Origin: Pocillopora damicornis
Taxonomy: Eukaryota
Direction: 5' to 3'
NCBI RefSeq assembly: GCF_003704095.1
Contig: NW_020845316.1
Location: 248,001 to 312,000, forward strand
Length of the DNA: 64,000 nt
In this document: positions 1 through 11,200 of the stretch, piece after piece
Layout: every line of letters starts with the position of its first letter
How positions within the stretch are numbered: position 1 is the first letter of the stretch
Position numbers and translations under genes: made by a program
The notes under the pieces: generated by a model
Databases searched by the model: none
Told to the model about the DNA's origin: nothing
The model's input: only the letters and a program-made list of their open reading frames with translations

Positions 1-219
1 CTTTATCCCTTGGCGGCCATGTTTGCCTAAGCAACCTGGCTTTTCCATTGAAACCGAGTACACTTTGGGCCAGCCAGGCTGCGCAAAGCCTCGCTTTAGT
101 GTTGCCTCGTTACGGGCCAATGCAAGTCCAATAGGGTCAGTTAATGTGCAAAAAGCTTCTCTGTAGTTTACTGAACTAAACACTTGGGCATGATTATTTT
201 TAAAACAAAGTTTAGCCAT
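1..219 (-). other. Open frame running off the window edge (MAKLCFKNNHAQVFSS...GRQGIK), possibly part of an unidentified gene or pseudogene
   Basis: ATG at 219 is followed by 73 stop-free codons to position 1. No recognisable homology, and upstream frames contain stops. Confidence 0.2.
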
Positions 220-919
220 TGTTCAACAAAACCACGTCCTAAAAAGTCCTCAATTTAGCTGAATCTTGCATCTGAACATTCATCTTTGTGACAGCGTCAA
301 GAGGGCTTGTGTTTGAATCCATGTTATTAATGAGAGATGGGTATATCACTCCAGTCGAAGTGAGAGTCGACGCGGAGCAACGAAGGGTTTTTAGTGATAT
401 TTTCCCCAACGGCGCCAAAACGAGGTGTAACCAGGAAGAAAAAGAAAACAAAGCTCATGGCGACGCGGGCCAAATACCTACAGCCTGGATAGTTGGATAA
501 GATAACTTGACCATCTATGATGACTTTAAAATATGAGAAAATGCAATGTCTAAAGACAATTTATTACATGCTTTTCCATAGCTCACAAAAAAAAAAGAAA
601 CCCCAACTCTCCTTTTCTCCACCCCCCCCCCCCAAAAAAAGAGAGCAAACTCAGAAGTTGTAAACTCTACTTAAATTGAGGCGAAGGCTTTAAAAAATCC
701 TTCTAACTCGTTCCTCATCGAATATATATCGATTGATGAACTGCCTACGGAAGCTAATCTAGCTGTGGGGCTGGCTGGATTAATAACTTGTTTTAATTGT
801 TCTCCATACATTTCCTAGGGTGCAGACAAAAATAATTTGTTGGTGATCGTTTCCTATATTCTCATGACTTCAATGCTTGATTCAAGAGTGATGTTGTTGG
901 GGGAAATGAGATTCTTAAC

Positions 920-1080
920 CAGGGACCACGCAGCAAGTTTTTGAGTGGGGAGGGAGGGGGGGGCTATTTTTGGCTCCGTTATTTTTGTTAAATTACTTTT
1001 TGTTAACTTTATTTTTATTTTTGCAAAACAGTGGGGGAGGGGGCCAAAGCCCCCCAGCCCCTCCCTCTGCGCGGTCCCTG
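920..1080. mobile_element. Short non-autonomous DNA-transposon-like element (CAGGG...CCCTG ends)
   Basis: Imperfect 14-bp terminal inverted repeats CAGGGACCACGCAG / CTGCGCGGTCCCTG with G/C-run subterminal sequence. No clear TSD. Confidence 0.4.
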
Positions 1081-1189
1081 TTAACACTCTTAAAGGTCAA
1101 AGAGTGGGGAGTATAGTTTCAGAGAAACTTGACAAAATGTAAAGGTGATTCTGTAGTCTGATCGTCGACTTACAACAACTATATACTTG

Positions 1190-1320
1190 AATCTGATTAT
1201 GATTTCCGCTCAGGTTGTTGAAATGTCATTAACCTCTACCGACTGCAGTCCTTCTCAAGAATACACTCACCCAGACTGGATCAGAAAACACTTAATGTTA
1301 CCCCCGGGTTCAAACCATTT
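1190..1320 (+). mobile_element. Degenerate Penelope-like element end with decayed hammerhead motif
   Basis: CTGATTATGATTTCCGCTCAGGTTGTTGAAATGTCA resembles the CTGAnGA-stem-GAAACGTC pattern of cnidarian PLE repeats, but the core is mutated. Confidence 0.4.
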
Positions 1321-1704
1321 ATTGTAAAATGATGAGGGTAACCCAAAACAGAGCTCTATTCGTCCACGGAGGAATAGTGTTACAGAGCACATAAAAATTA
1401 TAAATTGAGTGGCAAAAGTGATCTAGGATTGGTTTATTTTTACTTTACTTTACTCTGTGATTGGTTTTTATAAATATGCACCGCCATCTCAACCAATCAG
1501 ATGCAAAACTAAAACTAATCACGACTTCATCATTGTAAAACTATAGGTTTCAAAATAGACCGATCAGGACGATCCTTTGAGATTTCCTTCATCAAACAGA
1601 ACTCAGTTATTTGTTGCTGACTTCAACTTTATAACTTCCAACTCGTCCTAACTTGAGGAACTCCACAGTTTTTGTTTTAGAATTTGGAAAAGGGTAAAGA
1701 ACAA

Positions 1705-3313
1705 TTAATTAACAATTAAAGTAAACCTTTTTAACTTTTTCCCGTCATGTTTGCCCCTTTCTATTGCAAACAGGTACTCTGTGAAATACAGAACTACCAT
1801 TATCGTGCAAACTACGTTGGAAATGACGTGGTATCGCCACTGTTTNNNNNNNNNNNNNNNNNNNNNNNNNNNNNNNNNNNNNNNNNNNNNNNNNNNNNNN
1901 NNNNNNNNNNNNNNNNNNNNNNNNNNNNNNNNNNNNNNNNNNNNNACTACCATTATCGTGCAAACTACGTTGGAAATGACGTGGTATCGCCACTGTTTAC
2001 TCCTCCACACTTTCAACACGGCAACATTTAGGTACATCGCTTGCAGCCACAACGATACAGTGTTAAAAAATACATCTATTGCTAGACCAGTAACGCAACG
2101 AGCCAAGAATTGCCAGATGAGACTCTCAAAGTAACCATCAGGCGTTTGGAAGTCATCTAAGTACATGCAATTGTACAACCGACTGAATCCTACTGCTGAC
2201 ACTAGGGCGTTGGCTTCGGTTAGGACAAGTTGAATGCTAACGTCTGCAACAAAACGCATACTTCGAGGGGTGCGGGTTATGCCTGCTGGAAAATCTCTTG
2301 GGCGTGATCTGCAGCAGCGAGAGAGTAGTTTGTAGGCGTATTCCCAGATGTAATCCCTCATGGAAACTGTTAAGCGCTCTATGAGGTCAACCACAGCATG
2401 ACCAGCGCCCAAAGCGACAAATAACCAAAAGCTTACCAACTCTGCCTGCATAACACGGAAGACAAGAGCTGCTGCAGTATATAAAGTACCTATCAAGAGG
2501 TGCAAAACTCCAGGGTGAACTAGGTTGAACTTTGTTACGGCTGTGCGAAGAATCACTTTCGGGATCGATAGAAATAACGGGCTTAAACCTGCGATGAACA
2601 CTTTCTCAATCTCCGATTTTTCGTTATACCATGGGAAGATCTTGTAGACGAGTAAGAAACAAATAGGTATACCAAATATAAACTGCAAGGCTAGAAGACC
2701 TGTAATCTTAGATAGGGTCTTCTTGGAGTACAGATGCTCGGGTATAATATGCTTAGCTATGATCACGCTATTCGTCATCACCATTGATGCAAACAAAACA
2801 TTTAGGGGAAAACTCATCCACGAGTGTTTGTAGATACCAAATATTTGTAGATACAGGCGATAGCAACAGTCGGTAAAAGCAGCAAGGAGATTAACCGTGA
2901 AAAGGTTAAGCTCTTTCATAAATGAAAAACCAAATATACATAACATTNNNNNNNNNNNNNNNNNNNNNNNNNNNNNNNNNNNNNNNNNNNNNNNNNNNNN
3001 NNNNNNNNNNNNNNNNNNNNNNNNNNNNNNNNNNNNNNNNNNNNNNNCCGTGAAAAGGTTAAGCTCTTTCATAAATGAAAAACCAAATATACATAACATT
3101 ACGGAAAAATGCCAAAGCTGAATGAGGAACCCTTCTATCGACTGGCTAGTGACACGGATGCTCTGAATCACTCGTGGCATGCTGTACCATTGAGCTGTCC
3201 TCTCAGCAAAGCAAAGATCTGCGGTGTTGAAATCTAACACTGCGATGGCAATCGCCAGAAAACCGATGGAAGAGCCAAACACAAACTGCATTTTAAAGAC
3301 CGTCTTAAAACAA
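1705..3313 (-). CDS. Uncharacterised intronless multi-pass membrane protein (start lies in or beyond the gap at 3314-3616)
   Basis: Long ORF with about 10 hydrophobic segments. The two 100-N gaps are flanked by duplicated 53-bp sequences, so the true frame is probably contiguous. Confidence 0.75.
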
Positions 3314-3919
3314 NNNNNNNNNNNNNNNNNNNNNNNNNNNNNNNNNNNNNNNNNNNNNNNNNNNNNNNNNNNNNNNNNNNNNNNNNNNNNNNNNNNNNNN
3401 NNNNNNNNNNNNNNNNNNNNNNNNNNNNNNNNNNNNNNNNNNNNNNNNNNNNNNNNNNNNNNNNNNNNNNNNNNNNNNNNNNNNNNNNNNNNNNNNNNNN
3501 NNNNNNNNNNNNNNNNNNNNNNNNNNNNNNNNNNNNNNNNNNNNNNNNNNNNNNNNNNNNNNNNNNNNNNNNNNNNNNNNNNNNNNNNNNNNNNNNNNNN
3601 NNNNNNNNNNNNNNNNTTCAGTTTCTGCACAGTCGGTTTGGTAGTGCCAAATTCTGCACATTACTAATCCGTTGTGATTGTTTTCCAGTTAAACAATCCG
3701 AAATTGAATTGAATCCGTTTCCGGGAATTCGGGGAACGTAATGTGATACACGAGTAACGACATGAAAGTGAAAACGAAGGGATTCTAACGGATTTAAGCT
3801 AAGAAAACATCAAACCCTCTCTCTTATTTGAAGGATGAAACTATAGGTTTATTAAGGGGGTAAATTACATGGCGTTGAGAAATCAAATTCTTGTTATACA
3901 GGTAACGTTAAGACTGCAC

Positions 3920-4140
3920 TCGAGCCAGTGCCTAGCCAGTTGCCTTAGAGTAGAGCGACTTGGAGTATTACTACTTCCCCCTGCATAGAATGCTTGTCCA
4001 TCGCAAGGTTACCGCACAGCATTTCATCAGGCTTCCCTGTAAATTCCCGGTACCTATTTATACTCCTGGGTAGAGGGAGGGAGGTACAATGAGGGTAAAG
4101 TGTTTGGCCAAAGAATACATCACTTTGACCCGGCTAGGTC
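3920..4140 (-). mobile_element. SINE-like interspersed repeat (Nin/Deu-core type, antisense)
   Basis: GGTACCTATTTATACTCCTGGGTAGAG...GTAAAGTGTTTGGCCAAAGAATAC matches a core I recognise from abundant cnidarian SINEs. Confidence 0.45.
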
Positions 4141-4237
4141 TCGAGATTCTTGTTTTATATTTGATTCATACGATTTTCCATTAGTTTTTAACTAAACTGG
4201 TAGAATAGAAAGTAAACGAGGGTTTATCCACAGATCA

Positions 4238-4460
4238 GGGTAATTTAGCATTATCAACTGACTTGATAGCGTAAATTTAACACCGTAAAGAGTTTCAAAG
4301 CTGACGTTTCGAGCGTTAGCCCTTCGCTCTAAACGTCAGCTTTGAAACTTTGTGGCCAATTTGAGTTATTAACTCAGTTGATAATACTAAATTACCCTGT
4401 TATAATCTTCCACCGAAGCAGCACCGCAGTTATTTTAGAAACTTATCCCCTTTATTCATT
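4238..4460. mobile_element. Penelope-like palindromic remnant (hammerhead-bearing family)
   Basis: Inverted arms GGGTAATTTAG...CTAAATTACCC, central GCTGACGTTTCGAGCGTTAGCCCTTCG and a CCACCGAAGCAGCACC...TAGAAACTTA tail. Same family as 6076-6330. Confidence 0.7.
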
Positions 4461-5253
4461 TATCTATAGTTCCCTGGTTTGTGAATCATTACAAGAGAAG
4501 AGTTTTTTATATATATAGATATTTCGTCAATCACTGTCAATATTACGAACTATAAATACCTCCAATATTACAATAAAGTTCATTGTGCTTAAAACAATCA
4601 TGTTGCAGACCAGGTCAAAAAGGATACCAAGAAAACCACCAACTAATCAACGCTGCTGCTCAAAGACCAGTTTTCTTTCCTATCTATTTTCATTTCCAGA
4701 ATTATTTATGGTTTTCACAGTTTTTCAAAATCTGACAGAAACCAATACTAATATTTTTTTCCTGTTGTATACTGTAAAAATAATTTGGATGACAATTAAA
4801 AGCAAAGCAACAGAGAAGATTTTCCTTACAAAATGACATTACTTTCAGAATAAAAATACATTTTAAATTAAACATTCAAAAATAAATTTACTATGCTTAA
4901 TTTCTGCCAATTTAAAGTGCTGCTGGAGTCAACACTTAATAGCCTACTGGCTAAGCATAATTTATTATGTGGTTAGTAAATCCCTTTGATCCCTAGGGGT
5001 AACTAGCATCTAATGTCTAATTACAATATCTTGCTTGAATCACACATCGAGGTCACAAAAATAAAGGAAATGATCACCAACAAAAGAAGCTTGTTTGTTA
5101 AACAAATTCTCCTTGTCAGCATCACAACAAGAAGAAAGTGCTGCTAAAAATGAACACTGTTTTGCACATGTTATCATTTCAAGTCTGTTTGAAAACTAAT
5201 TTTCAGATCACAAGCACAACTTCAACCAACATTCTGGCTTTGACAATTATGTT

Positions 5254-8200
5254 TTAAGACTGCTCACAGCAGCATCTCTGTATTCTGAACCACCAGAAGG
5301 TCCACAGTTTGCGGGACTGCTTGTTAAATGCCAAGAAACACACAGTCGTCAGTGCAAAGAATGCAGTACTTAGGGATGATACCACAAATGCGTCAGAGAA
5401 AGTGTACTTTTCATATTCTGTTGGGAACAAAATTTGTAGATCAATGTCAGTCAACTGATAACAAGTTAGGAGTAATTAAATTTTGGACTAAGGGAAGGGT
5501 AGGAATGCAGTTGCTCAGTTAATGACATTCATCAAATTTACTTTCATCAATAACCTTACCCAAAGAATTTCATTTATGTTTTTAGTGTGTAGATCCAGTA
5601 TGCAGGTGAAAAAAAAAATAAATGTGAGTCTGTCTTATTGTTCACTTTTGATAGACTGGATAAAATTATAGAGCTCATAGTGTAGTTGTTACATACATGT
5701 ATTACTGAACAAATACCAAGTAAATGATACTCAAAGCACTTGATACTAACTTTTATGACACTTCTCTGGTGGGTAAAACATCAAGCAACGAAAGTACCGA
5801 TTTATATGGTGTTCCAGAAGGGCTGCATGTTGTTGTAAAAGGCAGATGGGAATATAAGTGAGAGTTACAATGGCTGCATATGCAAACATAAGAAACACCA
5901 GGCGCTGAACCAGTTTGTCCATTTTCTTTTTTCTTGATTTAGCTTGCTCACCAGCAACAGGGGAGATGTTGCGTAGCTGAAATGACCAAGAAGAAGGAGG
6001 TCACGATTAGCTAGCAGACATTTACTATCCATTTCCCAGCTGTGTGACAATTGAAATCTAATTTTATCAGATACAGGTAATTTAGTGTTAACAACTGGGT
6101 TGAAAACGTAAATTAGCCACCGTGAAGAGAAAAAAAGCTGACTTTTCGAGCGTTAGCCCTTCGTCAAAAAGATAGCTCTGACGAAGGGCTAACGCTCGAA
6201 ACGTCAGCTTTTTTACTCTTCATGGTGGCTAATTTACGTTTTCAACCCAGTCGTTAACACTAAATTACCTGCNNNNNNNNNNCACCGACGCAGCATCACA
6301 GTTTCTTTAGAAACTTACCCCTTTATTCATTTATCAGAAACAGATTTCTACCAGGACTAGACTTCCATTTACAATTAATTCTCTTGTGTTGTGTAAGGTG
6401 TTCACCAGGCCGTGGATGTAGAAGAATTCTACAATTATTAAGCAGAATTCCTCCACTAAATTTCAATGCCAAGAAACACACAGTCGTGGACTTTGGAGTA
6501 ACTTTAAGTTAAAAATGTAATGATTTACAATGTAAACCTCGTTAAAAATTATCTTCTAGCTGTGTAAATGGGCCTTCTAATAATGGCATTGAATAAAAAA
6601 CAACCATTAATTGCTCACCTACTAAAAACATTTGAACTGTTAGTTAAAAGTAAATAATTATTACCATGAAAAGTTTATAGACCACAAAAAACAAGCAGGT
6701 AACACCAACACCCAGTGCCAGCTCTGTGATAAATGTAGTTGTAAAATATCCAGTGTCTGTTGATCCAGGGAAGCAGAATTGCATATTTACAACAATATAA
6801 GGTGGTGATTCAGAGCCAAGTACAATGCCAACAGGAATGAAAGGAAGAAGCCAGCAAATTAAGGAATACACAATATGCTGTACTCTGTAATGATTTCCCT
6901 GGAGGTTTACCAGACTGTCAGAATAGATCATCTGAAAGAAAGTAGTAATATATTAACTCTTTGAATTCTAGAGGTGATGTGTGTAAGATGATGCCCATGG
7001 TGGTGTGTCTTTGTGTAGAGGTGCAGATATTATGGATGGATCCCTGAGAGGAGGGTGTTCTATGGCTGTAAGATTGTATATATAACCCTTGACAGAGGAC
7101 AGAGACTTCAATTTGTCTTGCAATTCCTGCTGCAGAAGCCATAACAAACCGGTTTAGGGACAGAGATACACCTAACCAGAGACAACTACAATGATCAAAT
7201 GAACAAAATGAAGTGATCAAATGCCAACTAAATGTCAGTCAACAGCTAGCCAGGAGCAGTATGTAGGCCTGAGGCTAATTAATTTATTCCCCTTGCTGCC
7301 CTTGGAATATGAACAATATGATATTGCTATAGTGTAACTACCTCAATCTCAACATCCCAACAGTTGGTTTCTTCCACCAACACAGATAAGTTGCCTTTCA
7401 GGGTCCAGTTGTTCAAAGGACAGATACTGCTATCTGTCCTTTAAATTGCTAAGTGTAAGCAAAAGATACTATGCTATCCACCAATAGAGATTTATCCAAT
7501 CCACCCTTCAAACAACCCAGGCCAGTATCATAGACATATTAATCCTTTCCCGCTTGAGATTGCCACATGGCACAAGATGCCATTGCATGCTCAATATTCA
7601 TTCATTTTTTCTGAAACTTTCAAAACCAAAAGGTCATTGAAAGATCTGCACATTGAAGGCATAAAATCATGGCTCCCTCTAATACAAGACTTGGTTTACC
7701 ACCCCTGCAACTTTTGGAACTTTTTGTCTTAGTACTGTTTTGGTTCAGGTGATATCTCACCACAATCAATGCTCTGAGAGCTGCAATTTAAACCATAGCT
7801 AAGTGGTATACCCTATATGTACGAGGCAAACAAACAATTTCAAGGTTTTTTATTTTTCACTTTGGACACTTCTCAGTCTTTTCAGTTACCTCCTCCAAAC
7901 CTGTTGGTGTCCTTTATAGCATACCCCCAAAAAATACCTATAAAATTATATATTATGCATGGTCTAGTGCTTCATTGGTCTCATTTCAAAAAAAATTTGG
8001 CATTTCCCTCAGGCAGGAAAGGGATAGACTGAAGAATGTTCACATTTGTAATCACTCTCAATAGTGATAAACAAACATATTTACAGATCATAACATTACA
8101 TGAAGATAGTGAATAAATCCCAGATAAAAACAGGATAAAAATTTGATTTGATAAAGATTTTAAGATTTTGAGACCTTAGTGCTGCTTCAATCACTAGAAG

Positions 8201-11200
8201 AATGAAAGATTTCAGAACATTGGTGACACTTCTTGTGAATTGACCAGTTGAAAGCTCTTGCTTTATCTGACATTAGTAGACAAATAAATAAGCTTTTAGG
8301 CTTGGCTTTTACAGTGGTTTCAAATGATCTTATACAACACTTACTTCAGTGCACACAAAATTTTGGATATTTTCCAAAATTGTCAAAAATAGTGGTTGTG
8401 AGCTAGCCATTATTCTTGCATTACTACATTAGAATCATCAATCAAAAACACATCACTTGATGAATCAAGAATAACTCCTGTAAAAGCTAATTTAGAAACA
8501 CTTTAATAAAACATCTAAGGTAAAATACTAACCTGGATAGAAAAAAATGTGCTGTGCATATCACATAAGCATCAACAAAATGTCTTGCATCTCACTCACC
8601 TTAAGTAAATTGACGCTATAAACCACAAACCACAGTGCCAAAGCTACACAAAAGTAGTGTATCAGGACCCCTTGAGCAGTACAAAATGTAGTGGGATTTT
8701 TTGAAGATTCTGCTAAAAACTTGCTGCTACAGAAAGCCTTCTCTTCTCCTATTCCATTGGCTACCACAATAAGAACAGCTTAAAATAAACAAAAACATTA
8801 TTCATTACAATACTGTTTTTGACCGAATAAGTACCTTGTCTTGAATAACAACCTCCTTCCTGCTAACCTTACCTTTAAACCAAGCCCCTTTCAATAAATG
8901 ACCACTGCTACTGGTTCCTTGATATGTTTATTACTAGTAACACATCCCCATTTAAATATGTACTTCACCATTTTGATGTGTACATATACAAATATTTTTA
9001 AATTAAGGTTTGCCTGTTTTATTTNNNNNNNNNNCAAATAAAACAGACAACAATAGATGGGAAATTTCTGCTTTAAGAGCAGCAATGTTTCACCATAAAT
9101 TGGATGCTATCTGTTGTAATTTTGCAGCAAAAATATCAGTTGCATGCAATGTATTTCATCTTAAAAATATATTGAATACTCTGTGGTTAACACAGCAATG
9201 GAAACGTACCCAATTGCTTACAATTCTACAGAAATCGCTGACAGAAATCATTGACTGAAATTGCCACACCGTTTTCACTCTTTATCAGTGCCCGAAAGTG
9301 ATCAAATGACCATTATCTTTTGTAAAGACTGTCAATTCATCTCTGGTGAACGTGCAAATAATCATGTCCATGTGATGAAAAAGTAAAAAAATTTCGCAAC
9401 CTTTTTATGCTCGTAAATGTTCTGATGACATTATAGTAGTTGTGACACCGTAACGCTTATTAGAAGGCAAGTAAGGACTTGACCAGTGGACGCATGAGAA
9501 ACTTATCACCTTCCTTTTCCTTTTCCATTTTGTTACAGGCAATGATTGCGTCACAATTTTGAGTTTTGCACAAGATGTATGCTAACTTGAAGCAAATCAT
9601 GCTACTGAAACCCAACTAATTACTTCTGTATTTACGGGGAGAATTTATCAAATTTTAGGATAATTTGTTTAATTCTGTGAGTACAGAATATGTTAAGTTA
9701 CCAGTTCATCTGCCAGTCAGAGATTGAAATTTAGAAAGAAATGAAAGTAAGTTTTTTCCTTGAAATTCTGAGTTCAGAAACTCACTTAGCGAATGTGTCA
9801 GTGTAAAGTTGAATGTGCACTTGACAAATACACGCTAACAATTTATCCATGCTTTGAGAAAAAGCACCAACAAAGTTACAGGAAGGGAGAGAATACAGTC
9901 ATTATTGGTGGCTCTCTTATCATTACAGAACACTTAAATTATTGAGTTAAACAAAAGGAAACAGTAAACAATAAACAAAAAGGCTATGATGTACTGGTAA
10001 CTAACCAGTTATGATTAAAGTTGTTTCACAGAGTTATAAACATATTGTTAACATGTTTGAGTGTTAAACGGTTAAGAATATATGAAAGTCACATATTTGA
10101 ACTGCAGATAAAGATGTGAATGAAAGTGATCCTTGCAGTGATGTGCACTACTTGGGCAGTAGTGAAAATAAGGCCTAAAAAAATTCAGGCCTGTACGGGA
10201 TTTGATGTTGGTTCCAAATAAACCCAAGAAGTGATGAATAAACGGTTAAGAATATAAGAAAGTCATATATTTGAACTGCGGATAAAGACGTGAATGAAAG
10301 NNNNNNNNNNAGTGATGTGCACTACTTAGGCAGTAGTGAAAATAAGGCCTGAACCCATGACCAGCTCCCAGTTGGCTTGTTAGCTCAGTTGGTAGAGCGC
10401 TGNNNNNNNNNNGCAGAGGTCATGGGTTCAAATCCTGTACAGACCTGAATTTTTTTCAGGCCTTATTTTCACTACTTCCCAAGTAGTGCACATCACTGTG
10501 AGGATCACTTTCATTCATGTTTGAGTGTTCTTATTTATTGGTAAATAGATTATTGCTGTTTGTTCTTTTTAACCCTTTCAATGTCAAGGTCTCATTGAAA
10601 ATTCTCCTTGCTGTCTGTCAGACAATTCGTATGCTATTACTATTGATAATTTTTATTCTCATCACTCGTCTGAGTGTTTTACATTGTACAGATATTGTAA
10701 TGAGAAATTCTGCCTCAGTCACTTACAGGAGTTTAAGGTTAGTCAATTGAAATAAAATGAAAGTACTTAAGGTTGATCAAAATAAACTTACCAATGGCTG
10801 ATGATAGGCCTTGAATGTAAAGAGGAATTATATGCGGAAAACATCTCCTGACAATATAGCAAAGAAAACAGTTCTGTCAAACATGGCATTTCTCAATAAT
10901 TGTACTCCTGTGAATACAGTATTGTGAACAGCAAGAGGTAATAGTTTGTTGGTATTGCAAGTATCCAGAGCTAGTCTTGTATTTTCATTCATTTGTTTAT
11001 TTTCATCAAACCTTTCTAATGAATTTTTGGGTGTTATTTATTACATTTATATCTCTGAATCCAAAAGAATATTGTTCAATTAAAATGTAATTTAAGAATT
11101 ACAGAGAGTTATGACCAATAGGTCACTATAAAGGAAAAAAACATTGCAGAGAAAGAAAATTACAATTAAAGTTATACTATTAAATAAACATGATACAATT

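Noticed and set aside
1793-3100. Apparent tandem duplications inside the membrane-protein ORF
   Set aside because: Identical 53-bp sequences flank each 100-N gap (1793-1845 = 1946-1998; 2895-2947 = 3048-3100), indicating unmerged contig overlaps.
10374-10446. tRNA gene
   Set aside because: The anticodon region is masked and the sequence is the core of a palindromic repeat; likewise 31297-31345 and 48650-48715 are SINE heads.
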